DNA of 64,000 bases, from contig MU005958.1 in NCBI GenBank assembly GCA_010093745.1, forward strand, positions 558,001-622,000. The letters run 5' to 3'. Both the position numbers and the translations under genes were made by a program. This stretch comes from Piedraia hortae CBS 480.64 (taxonomy: Eukaryota). Of the stretch, positions 1 through 11,460 are shown piece by piece. Under the pieces are notes generated by a model that saw only the letters and a program-made list of their open reading frames with translations, ran no database searches and was not told the DNA's origin. The number at the start of each line of letters is the position of its first letter. Position 1 is the first letter of the stretch.

Positions 1-658
1 CATCAGGATCAAGGCTATGCGTTGGTTTGTCTGTTTTCTGACGGAACTGCGCGTGCTTATAGCATTCCATCCTTACGAGAGCTGGCTTCTCTAAGGCTGG
101 GTCAAGTGCTTGATGCTAAAAGGTTCCACGAAGCTACGGTTGCGCCTACTGGGCACATTGTAGGGTTTGCTGGACCTTCGGAGCTGGCTGTGGTTTCTGT
201 CTGGGGAGATGTTGAACGTCCAAAGAATCCTGACAAGCTGTTCAATGTTGAAGCAACTATACCACCTCGACCCACAATATCTGCTGTGCAATGGGTCACG
301 GGAACGCAATACCTCACTCCTTTGGATCTTGATGTGCTAATTGGTGGTCCTGAACGTCCGCCTTCTAAGCGAATGCTGGCAGAGGCTGAAGCAAACCGCC
401 CTGCTCCAGTACAAGGCACTGCAAACCAAGAAGGATACTGGGCTTATATGCAACGACAAGTGACCGAACGCACTCAGAACCTCAACCTAATGGGTGATAC
501 GATGAGCGACATGGAAGAAGCCAGTGCCACATGGGCAAAGGATGTGAACAAATTTGTTAACCAGCAAAAGAAAAAGGCTGTGACGGGGAGTGAGTCTTTC
601 ATACATCACAAGACGCAGGCTGACAACTCCAGTGATCAAGTCGAAATTCGGATTTTAG
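1..658 (+). CDS. SRO7: Lgl/tomosyn-family exocytosis regulator, 3' part (5' end lies outside the window)
   Basis: Translation has [38 protein letters not shown] and an R-SNARE-like tail ([30 protein letters not shown]). Intron 590-632 (GTGAGT..GCTGAC..CAG) gives the terminal MIKSKFGF* ending at 658. Confidence 0.85.
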
Positions 659-743
659 ATTGGCGGCGGGTAAACCCCGGGACGGGCACGGGCGGGGGAG
701 AATTTCGCCCACACGGCATTTCACCAAACACCACTCCAGCACA

Positions 744-1640
744 ATGCGCTTCTCCTTTGACTACTGCCCCGACCGGCCCGAAAATATTGACCATATCCTG
801 AACGGCCTTGATCGGTATAACCCAGAGACGACTATCATCTTCCAAGACTACGTAGAGCTGCAGTGTGAGAACCAGACCTATGACTGCTATGCGAACCTCG
901 CCCTGCTAAAGCTGTAAGTACTGCAAAAACCCCTAGCCCTCCAATGATGACCAAAAAACGTTTCCTATTACCTGAACCTATGGTGATGTTCAACGAATAT
1001 TAGCTCTATCTGACCCTTATTTGCGTCCACTTGTAACCTCTAGCCGCGAGCAGCTGCTAACCGGACTAGATACCAATTCAACCCGCAGCTTACGCGGGAT
1101 GAAACCATCACAAACATCCTAGTTAAAGCGTTGACGGTTTTTCCATCTCCCGATTTCAGCCTCTGTCTCTCGCTACTTCCTCCCCATGTTGCCGGAACGA
1201 CAAAACAGCAGGGCGCCTCGTCTGCCTCAGCGGGAAGCATTACCGAGGCCGTACAGCAGCTCAGCGTGCTGCACGCACAGCTAAAAAACGCCCAGTACGC
1301 GCAGTTCTGGACCACGCTCGAGAGCGACGATCTCTACGCCGACCTGGTGGCCGACGTGCAGGGGTTTGACGAGCTGATGCGCGTTAGAATCGCCGTCGTC
1401 GTGTCGCAGTGCATGCAGGAGGTCGACCGCGACGTGCTGGAGCGCTGGCTGAACCTGTCCGGGTCCAAGTTTGATAAGTTCGTCAAGGACATTTGCGGAT
1501 GGGATGTCGACAACAGTGGGAAGTCCATCAAGATCCCGCTGAACAAGGACAACGAGGCGCGCAGCACAACAGTCAGGGAGGATGTCAAGTTTGAGCAGTT
1601 TGGACGCATGATTAAAAGGGCTTACGAGGTCGGCGCATGA
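744..1640 (+). CDS. eIF3k: Eukaryotic translation initiation factor 3 subunit K
   Basis: Exon 1 744-913 ([25 protein letters not shown]); intron 914-1069 (GTAAGT..GCTAAC..TAG); exon 2 [26 protein letters not shown], typical of the eIF3k PCI domain. Confidence 0.95.
941..1016 (+). ncRNA. Intronic box C/D snoRNA, SNORD44(U44)/snoR18-like, with two guides
   Basis: Inside the eIF3k intron: box C ATGATGA 944-950, D' CTGA 972-975, C' GTGATGT 983-989, box D CTGA 1010-1013. Guide TATTAGCTCTA complements conserved 18S UAGAGCUAAUA. Guide CGTTTCCTATTA complements conserved LSU UAAUAGGGAACG with one G:U pair. Confidence 0.85.
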
Positions 1641-1733
1641 GCGGTGTATCGTGTATTACATTTGTTGTTTTTTTTTCCAAGCGAGGCGTATAACAAAGGA
1701 TTCTGGGGGCATCAAAACGGTGGTTTCATTACT

Positions 1734-2622
1734 CTACTGGGTCATAACGGTGTCCTTGCTGGTTTCCGTGGTGTGGGCGGCAGTGGATGGCTCGACTTCC
1801 ATCTGGTCGTCTTCCTCCTCCTCACCTTCCACCTCCACCTCGTCCTCTGAGCTTTCGGCTTCCAGATCCTCAGACGCGTTTTCATCATCGTCCTTGTCCT
1901 CAGCAGTGGCTGTGGCGGCGGCAGACGGCTCGGTGCCTTCCATGTGATGATCCTCTTCACCTTCAGCACCCTCAGCTGCACCTGTCTTAGCCTCTTCCTC
2001 CTCTAGCTCCAGCTCTTCAGCGCCGTACTCCTCCTCGTCATTCTCAGCCGCGTCGGCCTCGGGCTGGTCGGGCGGGAACTCAGCAGGGGCCGACTCCTCG
2101 CTGTCCCACTTGATAGCGAAGCGGGTGACCCTGGGCTTCTCGGCGAGGATATTACGCTTTATCTTCTCTAGAATGGGTTTCGCGGGGGGCTCGTTCTGCA
2201 GGGCTTCATCCGCATACTCATTGTTCACGTAGTATCCGACGCGGACAAACTCGCGACCATCATAGGCACAGCTCAGCAAGATGACCGTCACTCCCAAGAT
2301 CTCGCTGGCGGGGATGCGCGACGTGTCCGGCGCCCCGGCCTCAAAAGTGAACTTGTTCACGCCCACGGGGATGGGGCCGACCAAAAGAGAATCCAGATCC
2401 TGATCCAATTCGGAGCTTTGAGCCCGTTAGCTGCAGAAAGGGAGAAACCGGGGGGAAACAATCCTGAACTCACCTGGTTGCGGATCCGACGTAGGTCAAC
2501 TTCCATTCAAGATCCTTTTGCAGGGGTTCCAAGCATTCAAATGTGATTTCAAACTCGTACGGCGCGTTGAAAGCGGCTGGATTGTTGCGAACGGCGACGT
2601 TGAGCAGGGAGACGGACGCCAT
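1734..2622 (-). CDS. ASF1: Histone H3/H4 chaperone Asf1
   Basis: [48 protein letters not shown]; intron 2473-2416; [37 protein letters not shown]; acidic tail. Confidence 0.97.
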
Positions 2623-2726
2623 GGTTGTAGAGACCTATCAGTGTGTTGTGAGGCAGGGTGGAAGAGAGTCAACGCAAGCCCAGGCAAGCGCGCGTTGGCC
2701 AGACACGTTCCCTGCGCTAATTTAAG

Positions 2727-2766
2727 ACGCGTGACGTGACGCGACGCGACGCGCTTTGACTCGCGT
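2727..2766. promoter_or_regulatory. Cluster of MCB-like (ACGCG[T/A]) cell-cycle boxes upstream of ASF1
   Basis: ACGCGT 2727-2732, ACGCGA twice, ACGCGC, and TCGCGT 2761-2766, about 110-140 bp upstream of the ASF1 ATG. Confidence 0.6.
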
Positions 2767-2862
2767 CTGGCAAATGGCAGATGATTGCTGCCGCTTGATT
2801 GGAGAGGCCCACAAAGAACTTTTGGTTGACTCTCGTAATCTTACAGCTATGTTACCTGCTAC

Positions 2863-4170
2863 CTACGGCCCTTCCTGAAGTCTAGGGTCCAGATGCGGGA
2901 CGCCTTCTGCCGCTGGTTCATGCAATGGGTCAAATCCATACTCGGGAAACGTCCTCTGCTGAACTGGTCCAGCCTGGCCGCCCGTAGGGTTGCGCGGAGA
3001 GGGAAGCGTTAGGGGCGCACTTGTAACATGCCCCGGGGCCTGCGGAAGAGCAATGGAGGATATTTCCGGATTTAAATTTCCATGCAAGGCGTGCCGCTCG
3101 TGCTCGAAGTTTGCGTGCTGAGCAAGAGCTGCCAGCGTCTGCTGGTCCATCGTATCCCCACCGTGTGCAGACGCAAGCGTTGGCGCCGTCGGAGCTGTAG
3201 CAGGCGACGTATTGGCATTAGCAGTATGAGCCAGTGTCCCAGCCCCAAGATCCTGTTGGTCCTGAGCCTGCGCGGGCGGCGGCAGATCCCATTCGTCGGG
3301 CAATTCTTCAGGGTTCTGAACGCTTATAAAGGTGAGGTTCTTTGGGATCTTTACCCAAACTGCGTTGTCGGCGAACGTTTCCGTGCAGCTATAGAACTTC
3401 TTCGCCGGTTTCTTGTCGCTCGGGCCTGCTTCCTGAGCGACAGCCGGCCCTGAAGAGGGTCCGGCAGCCATCGTCGTCCCAACAGGGGAACTACCGGTTT
3501 TGAAACCAGCGGCACCCTGCGCGAACTCCGCTGCCTGGGGCTGTATGCGTGATGCAGCGGCTTGCTCTCTCGATGCGACCTCTGCGGCAATCACCCTCGC
3601 TCTGCGGTCCTGGATGGCCTTTGGGCCGTTCAAAGACGGATTTTGCTGATGGCGAAAGGCAACCGCATCAGAAGGCACGCAGTCGCGGCTCGACTTGCGG
3701 CATTGGCCGCACAAAGGACGTACTTCATCGCACTTGAGCTGTTCATCATGTGGTCAGCCTGAGATAGGGGAGCTTTTCTTCGCGGTTGGTAGGGAGGTAG
3801 AAAAAGTAGGAATGCTGCACATCTCATCAAAACTCGACGGGATCCTCCGTATAATCTTGTGAGAGTGAAGTGGCCAAGAGTAGGGCCCCTCTGCGCCAAG
3901 AGATTGAGGTGGTTCATACCTTGCGCTGCCGACAAGTCAAGCTGGGAAAGTTAGCCGATGCCCTGAAAATTTTCCTATTCAACTTCTTTGTGCGCTCACG
4001 AGTCTATTTCTCCGCACTTCTATCTCGTCCTCGCTAGATTTTCCCAGGGGTTCAATTGCCACTTACCATCCGGTCCGGGAGCGTGTACATCTGGCTTTCT
4101 TGCGCGCGGAGGATTTATCACCGCCTCCTACACCGCCGCCGCCGCTGTTACTAGCAATAGGGGATTCCAT
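2863..4170 (-). CDS. Short Zn(II)2Cys6 binuclear-cluster transcription factor
   Basis: The spliced N-terminus reads MESPIAS..RSRTGC / LTCRQRK / LKCDEVRPLCGQCRKSSRDC, with exons about 4170-4067, 3941-3920 and 3737-2863, donors GTAAGT and GTATGA and CAG acceptors. The remainder is low-complexity. Confidence 0.85.
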
Positions 4171-4649
4171 GTTTGTGCTGGCGTTGGCGATGCGGGAAGA
4201 GAAAAATTAGGAGGGAGGTGTCACCAAGCACTTGTCGGCGCGCTGCGCGTTGCGCACATGTGTTCGGGTTCTCTATATCGCTTTGCGGCCTTGGAACGTT
4301 TCGTGCTGAGGATGGGTAGGTAAACTAATGGGTGTTCTGAGAGTCGAGGGGTGCGGTGGTCTGTTGAAATGGAGACTTTAGACTGAGCGTTCGATTGGAT
4401 GTTTCGCCAAGAGAGAACGGCTTCTTGGCATTATTTACACATGGTGCACCTTCTGGACTTATTCACCATAGAACCTCGCCAGCTTTTTATCTGATGGATT
4501 CATCAGCAAACATACTACGCACCGCCGTTTGCTACATACGATAGTTTGGGAATCCCATATCGAGCCCCAAGCTCTAGCGAAGCAATTCGCGCTATGAAAC
4601 TCATCCTTTTCTTGCATCGACTAAACTGTTTGAACTTAAGAGACGAGAG

Positions 4650-6050
4650 ATGCGAGTAACAGAGCCCCGGCTGAGACTGTTATCTTGGGAGACAACACTT
4701 CCCTACCAGCAGGCTGCATTCCAAATGCATATCCCGTTCGCACAGGGATTGCAAACAGTCCTTGTTCGGTTTGCAGTTGAGCGCCAAAAATTAATTAACC
4801 TCATGAGGCTCAGCACATGCGTGGAAAATCGCATCCACAAGTCTGTACGAGTTATATGAGCAGGCATCAACCCCTCCTGGGTTTGCAACACAAGTGAATA
4901 TTTACTTGACCATGGCCTCCTGATGAATCGCACAACCCTGAGTAGAGCCTTGCGAGCGTACTGTAAGTTTCAATCCTGTCCTCGAAGTCCAGGAAGAGCT
5001 TTGGCATGTGCTGGAGTTGTCCGACTTCCGGTCACGACGGTGCTTTGCCTGCCGCGACAGCCCCATACAATGAACATTACCGATCTCTACCAAGAGGCAC
5101 ACTGAAGCACTTGACTTCTACGGATCACAATCAAGAAACATCATTGGCAACTACCAAATGATCAATTCATCAATCTAACGTTCTCCATTGGAGGAACACA
5201 TCCTTTAACAGCTATGAGTTCGGCTGCCAAAGCTGAGCCGAACAACGTAAAACACTCCGATTTATGATCTTACAGCGTAACCGCTTCGCTGCAGTTACAC
5301 ATGTACAACATGACATCAGGGCCCAAGACGCGCCAACGCTACCTCGGAGTACCGCAAGGCTTATCGCACCTTGCACTGGCTGAGCACTATTCGAGAAGCT
5401 TATCATGTTCCAATCCTCAGCGCGAGTGTGCACTCCGGCAAAGGCGACGTCGTAAACTCTATCGGCTCCGTTGACATTGATACACCACTTGGCAACATCC
5501 AGTTCCACATACTGATACGCCAACGCCGTTCATCCAGCGTTTAGCCGACATGGATAGGCTTGGGATATGCTTCAACAATACCCTCGACCGACTCAACTCT
5601 AAATTCCAGTATTCCGAGTAACATGATCGGAATATTAGTCGGAATTCCACATGGATTTCACAACCACATTTTCATCAGCTCAAGATGCCAAAGGGAATTG
5701 TTTGGGGTTCGGCAGAGACTGAGCCCTTTGTTTTCGAACACCCTTCTGAATCTCTCCTCACAGCGGAGTATAATGAACTCGAGCCCAACTCCTCAGCAAA
5801 CGCCATGCCAACACAGACGTCTGACGACATAGCAGAAGTAGAGGCTCCTTCCGTACCGCAGCCCATTGACGACTATGCCTATGCTGAGCTTGCGCCCCAA
5901 TGAACGTGTTCCTGGCGCTTCGAGGTTTCAAGCAGCGCTGGCTTGCTTGTGTTGGGATATCCAGCTGTCACAGGAGCAATACAAGCAGTTGAAAGAGGTT
6001 TTCAGCATATGGAGAAGTCAAATTGCTTCCCAGTCTCCCAGACAAGGTTG
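4650..6050 (+). mobile_element. Possible highly decayed DNA-transposon-like or orphan gene relic
   Basis: Fragmented, stop-interrupted, protein-like stretches (AEQRKTLRFMIL; AALACLCWDIQLSQEQYKQLKEVF) in a gene-poor pocket. The resemblance to fungal transposon-associated ORFs is from memory only; no terminal repeats seen. Confidence 0.2.
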
Positions 6051-6391
6051 ATGGCTGACTGCCGCTTTTGCCAATGAACAAAACGACAACTCCGTGGATT
6101 GCAGCAAAAGCAAAGGAGCAATAAACAAGCAAAAGAGAACCTCTTCTTCGTTGATGCGCTTTGGTTTTCCCTTGCGTTTGCTAGCGGCTGCGAAAGCTTT
6201 TAACGATTCAGTAACGCCAAAAGCGTAAACCAACCACCGACAACATTGCGAAAACGGTATGTCTTTTGAAACGCGAATGAGTAACATTTCCGCGGCCTGT
6301 TCGGGTCTTGCACCGTTTGTGGCTCTGATTATGCTTTCTTGGCCCGTGGTCGTTCGAGGACTGGCAAATACTTTTTGGAGATGACATTTCG

Positions 6392-6700
6392 GTGAATGCA
6401 CTCTTCGCCAACGTTAAAATGACATCCTCGGATCTGGAGAGATTGAAACTGAAGTTGCCGTCAGATCAATTTTTAAAAGAGGGGGGTAATTGGAAACCAT
6501 GGCTCAATCAGATTGTCGGGGCAATGAAAGCGACCGGATGGGCAATCGGACAGTCGTTGACAATTGATGGAGAACTTGTTTCCTCCGTTATAGATGCCAG
6601 TGGTTGCTAGGACACTGACACTCGGTTTTACACCTGTATGTTGTTTTGAATGCCAGGAAACATATTGCTAGCATGATAGCTTGAAAGGTTGGTCAGGATG
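6392..6700 (+). mobile_element. Possible Copia-type gag N-terminal relic
   Basis: LKLKLPSDQFLKEGGNWKPWLNQIVGAMKATGW resembles the L..G.NW..W motif at retrotransposon gag N-termini; it is truncated by TAG at 6610. Confidence 0.25.
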
Positions 6701-6761
6701 GCACATACATCTAGGAGGGTCCCGATAATTAGATTTTGCTTTTGTCTGACTGCACACATGG

Positions 6762-8696
6762 CTACCTCCTCTTTTGCCCAGTTGTCCTCTCCTCGAGCGA
6801 GACCACATCGCCAATACCTGCTGCCTCTTGTTCCCTTTCGAGCTCCTGAATTTCTTCTCGACAATCCCACCACCTCCTTTCTGCTCGTTCAAAGCCCATC
6901 TTCCTAATTTCCTTAACGGAGAACTCCGGATCTCGCTGATATTTGATCCAGTCCAGCACCTCCTCCTGCCATGGATTCGATGTTCGAGAGAAGAATTCCC
7001 TCAAGGACTCGAATGGCTTGGGGTAAGGTTTCCCGTCGTCTTTCAACGGCGAAGAGGATTCTTCTTCCGCTTCCTCTACGTCCTGTACTTGCGGTTTCTT
7101 TTTCTCGACGATGTCCGCCGCACCCTCTCCTTCTTCTTCTTCTTCTTCTTCTTCTTTCTCCTCCTCCTCCTCCTCATCTTCATCGTCTTCTTCATCACTC
7201 TCACTATCTTCACTCTCCACATCCCAATCAGGAATATCTCTCTTGAAGATCTCTTTCCATCCATCCAATCTCCCCAAATGAATAGCCCACATCTCATCAA
7301 ACGTGAATTCTTTGTCGCCCCTCTCGAACGTCCCACCATACACGTAAAGCACATCATCCAGCACCGCAAGCTGGGCATTGAACCTCGGATGAGGCATTTC
7401 CCAAACAACCTTTTCTTCCTCTTTTACCTCCTCCTCTTTTTCCTCTTTCTCCATATCCAAATCCTCAGCATCCCTCCCCTCAATAATCGCCAAGTTGCGA
7501 AGCAGCTCCTCCTCATTAGCCTTCACCCTCCCCACCTTCTTCGCCTCCACCTTCCTAACCACCTTCCCCCTCCTCAACTGAAGCGGAAAAAACCGGTTCC
7601 TCTCCACGTGATACGCGTATAGCTTATCAAAAAACTCACTCTCAATCCCCTCCTCCGACTTCTCAACATCGCACACCCCTCCAAACATGATCCCTCGCCC
7701 CGCATGCGCCGCCATCGTCGCCCCCGCCCGCGGCGGTACCGGCGCATTAGCCGGCTTCTTCCTCCTCTCCCATTTAACCGTCAGCGGAGCTTGCGAAGCC
7801 TGCACACCCTGCAGCGAAGCATCCCTACCCCCAGCCCTAAGCAGCCACGAATCAACATGAACCAACGGCCTGGTCGTCGTCCTGCCCCCACGCAACGTCT
7901 CCTTGACCCTCGAATACCCCCCCACCAGAACCGCGCCCTCTGGGTGCGGCAGGAACGAAAACGAAGACCTAGCCGCAGGCTTCAGTCCCTGTGTAGCCAC
8001 ACTCCACCACTTCTCCGTACTCGTGTCAAAAACCCACGTATCATCGAGATACTTTGTCTCGTTCGCCGTATCCTGAAAGCCCCCAAACAAAAATACAAAC
8101 TGCTTGTACGCGACCATCCTATGCCCACTGCGGGCCGAAGGTCCCGCACCACCCTTGGCAGTGGAATTCCCAATTCTCTCCCACGCCCACCCCCCCCTCG
8201 CCGTCAACCTCCACAAATCCCCATAATGATAAAACGCCTTCTGGCGGGATGACGAAAACTCCCCCCCGAAGAGGTAATACTCCCCCTTTGAGGGAAGCAG
8301 AGCCACCGCATGCCCTGATCGGGGGAGGGGTCCATCGCCCTCGACCCTCCTCCACTGTCGCGAAGCGACCTTATAGATGAACAGCTCGTTTGAGAAACTC
8401 GCGCGCTCGCCCGAGAAGAATTCTCCGCCGAAGAGGATTAGTTCTTTTGAGGTGGGGGAGGGGAGGAGGGTTGTTGCGCTTCGGGCGCGGGGTGGGGGGC
8501 ATTTTACCTCGCGGGGGGTCGGGGTTGTGGTTGTTGTGGTCTGGAAGGAGGCGAGGATTGTGTCAATGTCTTCTGATTCGGTGGAGGAGATTGATGCGCG
8601 GCGCTGTTTTTTGGTTTTTTGGTGAGCTTTTTTCGCGGTTTTGAGCGCTGTGCGGGCTTTTTTTTCGGCTTTTTTCTTTTTGGTGTCTTTTGCCAT
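6762..8696 (-). CDS. KEL3: Kelch-repeat protein, Kel3/KLHDC4 family, with C-terminal DUF4110-like region
   Basis: Repeated kelch GG motifs (LILFGGEFF, YLFGGEFSS, FLFGGFQD, YVYGGTFE), basic N-terminus, acidic tract, and PKPFESLREFFSRT C-terminal motif. Single 644-aa ORF. Confidence 0.9.
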   Translation of the reverse strand: MAKDTKKKKAEKKARTALKTAKKAHQKTKKQRRASISSTESEDIDTILASFQTTTTTTPTPREVKCPPPRARSATTLLPSPTSKELILFGGEFFSGERASFSNELFIYKVASRQWRRVEGDGPLPRSGHAVALLPSKGEYYLFGGEFSSSRQKAFYHYGDLWRLTARGGWAWERIGNSTAKGGAGPSARSGHRMVAYKQFVFLFGGFQDTANETKYLDDTWVFDTSTEKWWSVATQGLKPAARSSFSFLPHPEGAVLVGGYSRVKETLRGGRTTTRPLVHVDSWLLRAGGRDASLQGVQASQAPLTVKWERRKKPANAPVPPRAGATMAAHAGRGIMFGGVCDVEKSEEGIESEFFDKLYAYHVERNRFFPLQLRRGKVVRKVEAKKVGRVKANEEELLRNLAIIEGRDAEDLDMEKEEKEEEVKEEEKVVWEMPHPRFNAQLAVLDDVLYVYGGTFERGDKEFTFDEMWAIHLGRLDGWKEIFKRDIPDWDVESEDSESDEEDDEDEEEEEEKEEEEEEEEGEGAADIVEKKKPQVQDVEEAEEESSSPLKDDGKPYPKPFESLREFFSRTSNPWQEEVLDWIKYQRDPEFSVKEIRKMGFERAERRWWDCREEIQELEREQEAAGIGDVVSLEERTTGQKRR

Positions 8697-9359
8697 TTTC
8701 GTTTCGGTTGGGGGGGTTAGGGGTTTTGTAGAAGTCTGGTGAATTGAATAGGACAGTTATGATTTTGATGGGATCACGGGTTGATAGTTGATGTAGTGGG
8801 TTGCAAGTTACGTGTTTTCCGTTGCGTTCGGTTGGGCCGGGAGGGGAAATCTTGGCGCAGCAACATCTCAGAAGCTCGTTTAGACACAACGCTTTTTCCG
8901 ACTCAAAAACGCTTGTATTGTTCCAAAACAAGCTAACTTTGCGGACACTGGAACGGAAATTGGTATCTTATCACGCTTTATTTTTTTTTTTTCACATGAA
9001 ATTGTTTGGCCCGGACACGGCTTTTTTGACCCTGTCACGCTTAGTTTTTGTCTTTCGGACTTTTCTTGCTTCGTCACACCTAGTTTCTGCCTTTCAATTT
9101 CCAAACTTGAAATCACACAAGGTGACAATCACAGTGATTGAATGACTGCAGTAATGACATGAACAGCATCTCGTATCTTACCTACTGGATGAATAGACGA
9201 TCAGCGTTACATTGGCAAAGCAAAACGCTCTTCAAAACTCCATACGCCACATCACACAACAAACAGAACCCCCCCCCCTTCCTTCATCTCATGCATAGCT
9301 TTCCATAAGGATATTAGTCGAGGTAACTTTCATTTCCAACCTGCCTCTATCGTCTTTCG

Positions 9360-11460
9360 TTACTTTTCTTTGCGAGCTTTGATTGCAAACGTAGCCCACA
9401 GCGCCAGGTGGTCGCTCGGGAAATGCCAGTTGGGGAAACCAGGCACTCGGCTGAGATATTCGGGGTCGACCTCGCCCAAGAGTCCCGTCACCTGGATCGT
9501 GTTGCTACTGTACCAGATGTAGTCGATGACATCGTGGAATCCAGGCGTGTAGTTTGTGTATGGCCAATCGGATATGTGGCTGTAGGCCGACTTGAGGGTG
9601 AAAGGGTGCGAGGCTCCGTGTTTAGTGAGATCACCATAGCTTTTACCCTCCAACTCCGAATGTGAAGGGGCAATGTGGCCTTTGGTTATCAGTTCAAGAA
9701 CACCCGAGTTCGCAGTGGAGTTGAAATCGCCGCAAATGAGAAGCGGAATCTGCGTTGGCTTGTCGTAACGCTGCGACGGCGCAGGCGTCTCCTCGCCCAC
9801 GGCCTCCTTGTCCTTGTACGCCGGCCACGACACATATGTCTTGGTGAGCTTGTTCAAATACTCCACAAGGACAGCCGCCTGCACGATCTTGACGTCGGCC
9901 AAGTCGCCCTCCCAGGCAAAGTGTGTGTTGGCAACCACTAGCCTGGAACCCGTCTGGCGGTTCTCCAGAAACATGACGACCGCAATGTGATCCTTTGGCA
10001 TCACACGGTTGTACACGTCATGCTCGCCCTTCATGTCTGGTCGGTTAATTGCCTCGTGGGAGAAGACCAAGGCCTGCTTGTCCAGTAACACAAACTTGCT
10101 GGCCTTGTAGAAAGTTGCACAGCCGTCCACCGTCTTGGCTTCCTTGGCCGCCATGGTTTGGGCGCGGGCCTTTGCGACAAAATATCCCTTGTATCCCTCG
10201 CGCTCCAGACTCGGCTTGAACCACTCGTAGCTCTCCTGGTCCATTTCCTGCAGCGTCAGGATGTCAGCGTCTCGTTCGCGCAGCTCGTCCGAGATTAGTT
10301 TCCGCCTGTGCTCCCACTCCAGCGCTCCTGATGGCGTGTAAGCGTAAGCTTGGCTGCTTGCAGCCCGCTCGCACAGCGTGTTCCAGCTCAGCACCGAAAA
10401 CTTTTCAGCCTCATCGTCTTCGTCTGTGGCGAGATCTATCCACTGACGATCCAACGGCGGCGGGGGCGCTGCAAACTGTCAGCAAAAGGTCACATAGCAT
10501 ATATAAGATCAACTTACGCGGAGCGGTCTCTCGGAGATGGCGAATTAATCCCTGCGTGCCCCCGTCCATGAAGCGTTCCACAAGGTCTTTGCGCATCGGA
10601 TTACCTAGGATGCCCAGAAACTCCAACTGATACAGCGAGCCCAACTCATACGGCAGATCCCGCAGCTGGTTGCTAAACAGTTGCAGTTGCCGAAGGTTGG
10701 TCAGCATGCCGATCTCTGGAGGAATGGTTTGCAGATGATTACACGACAAGTCGAGCTCCACCAGATTGCGCATCAGGCCAATCGTATGCGGAATGCTGTC
10801 CAGTAGATTGTGGTAGAGAAATAGCTTTGGAAGCCCCGGGTAGAACGTGAACAGTTCATGACCGAGGTTCCTGAGGCCAACGCCGCCCATATCCAGCCCC
10901 TCCCAATCATCCTCCGCGGCACTAGTCTCCTCATCGCGGCTCGTACCCGTGTTATGCCCCTTACTGTGACGCAGCCGGAAATGTGCCTTGTTCTCTCCGT
11001 ACTTGTATTTCCTCCACTCGAGCTGCTGGAATCCCCAGAAATCGTTTGGCGCAATGGACGCCGCATCGGTGGGGAGATCCATAACGCCATTTTGCATGTG
11101 GGAGGCGGAGAAGCCCGGCGCGGAGGCAGCCAGGATGCCGCCGGAGCTGCTGTGTTGATGCGAGCCGTACGGTCCCAGGGCAGTATCCGTGTGTTGGCCG
11201 TTGATGTGCGGGGCGCCAAAGGTCTGGCCCATCTTGTGCAGCCCCATCTGGCTCCCGTGCTGCCCGTTCAGCAGGCCATGGCCCGTCCTCTGGTTGTACA
11301 TGAAATGCGACGAGTGTGTATTGGGCGAGCGACTGGGTGAAGACGCGTCCTGGAGCAGCGCACGGTTGGTCGAGTTCGGAGAGCTTCCGCGGATCCTGGT
11401 CGGGGGCTGCTGGTAGTGATGGCTGTAGAGACTGTGGAGACGGTTCGAACTGTCTGCCAT
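9360..11460 (-). CDS. CCR4: CCR4-NOT deadenylase subunit Ccr4 (LRR plus EEP nuclease)
   Basis: Exon 1 LRRs (LVELDLSCNHLQTIPPEIGMLTNLRQLQL); intron 10517-10469; EEP motifs LSWNTLC, LTLQE, CGDFNS, IDYIWYS, FPSDH. Confidence 0.96.

Noticed and set aside
3738..3919. Possible second intronic C/D snoRNA (minus strand TTGATGA..CTGA) in the Zn-cluster gene
   Set aside because: The putative D box is simply the branch site GCTGAC, there are no convincing C'/D' boxes, and I could not match a guide to conserved rRNA.
6774..8252. Long plus-strand ORFs antisense to KEL3, and similar shadow ORFs opposite OCT1, RRD2, CCR4 and the adhesin
   Set aside because: They are low-complexity mirror translations caused by codon bias of the real gene and show no motifs.
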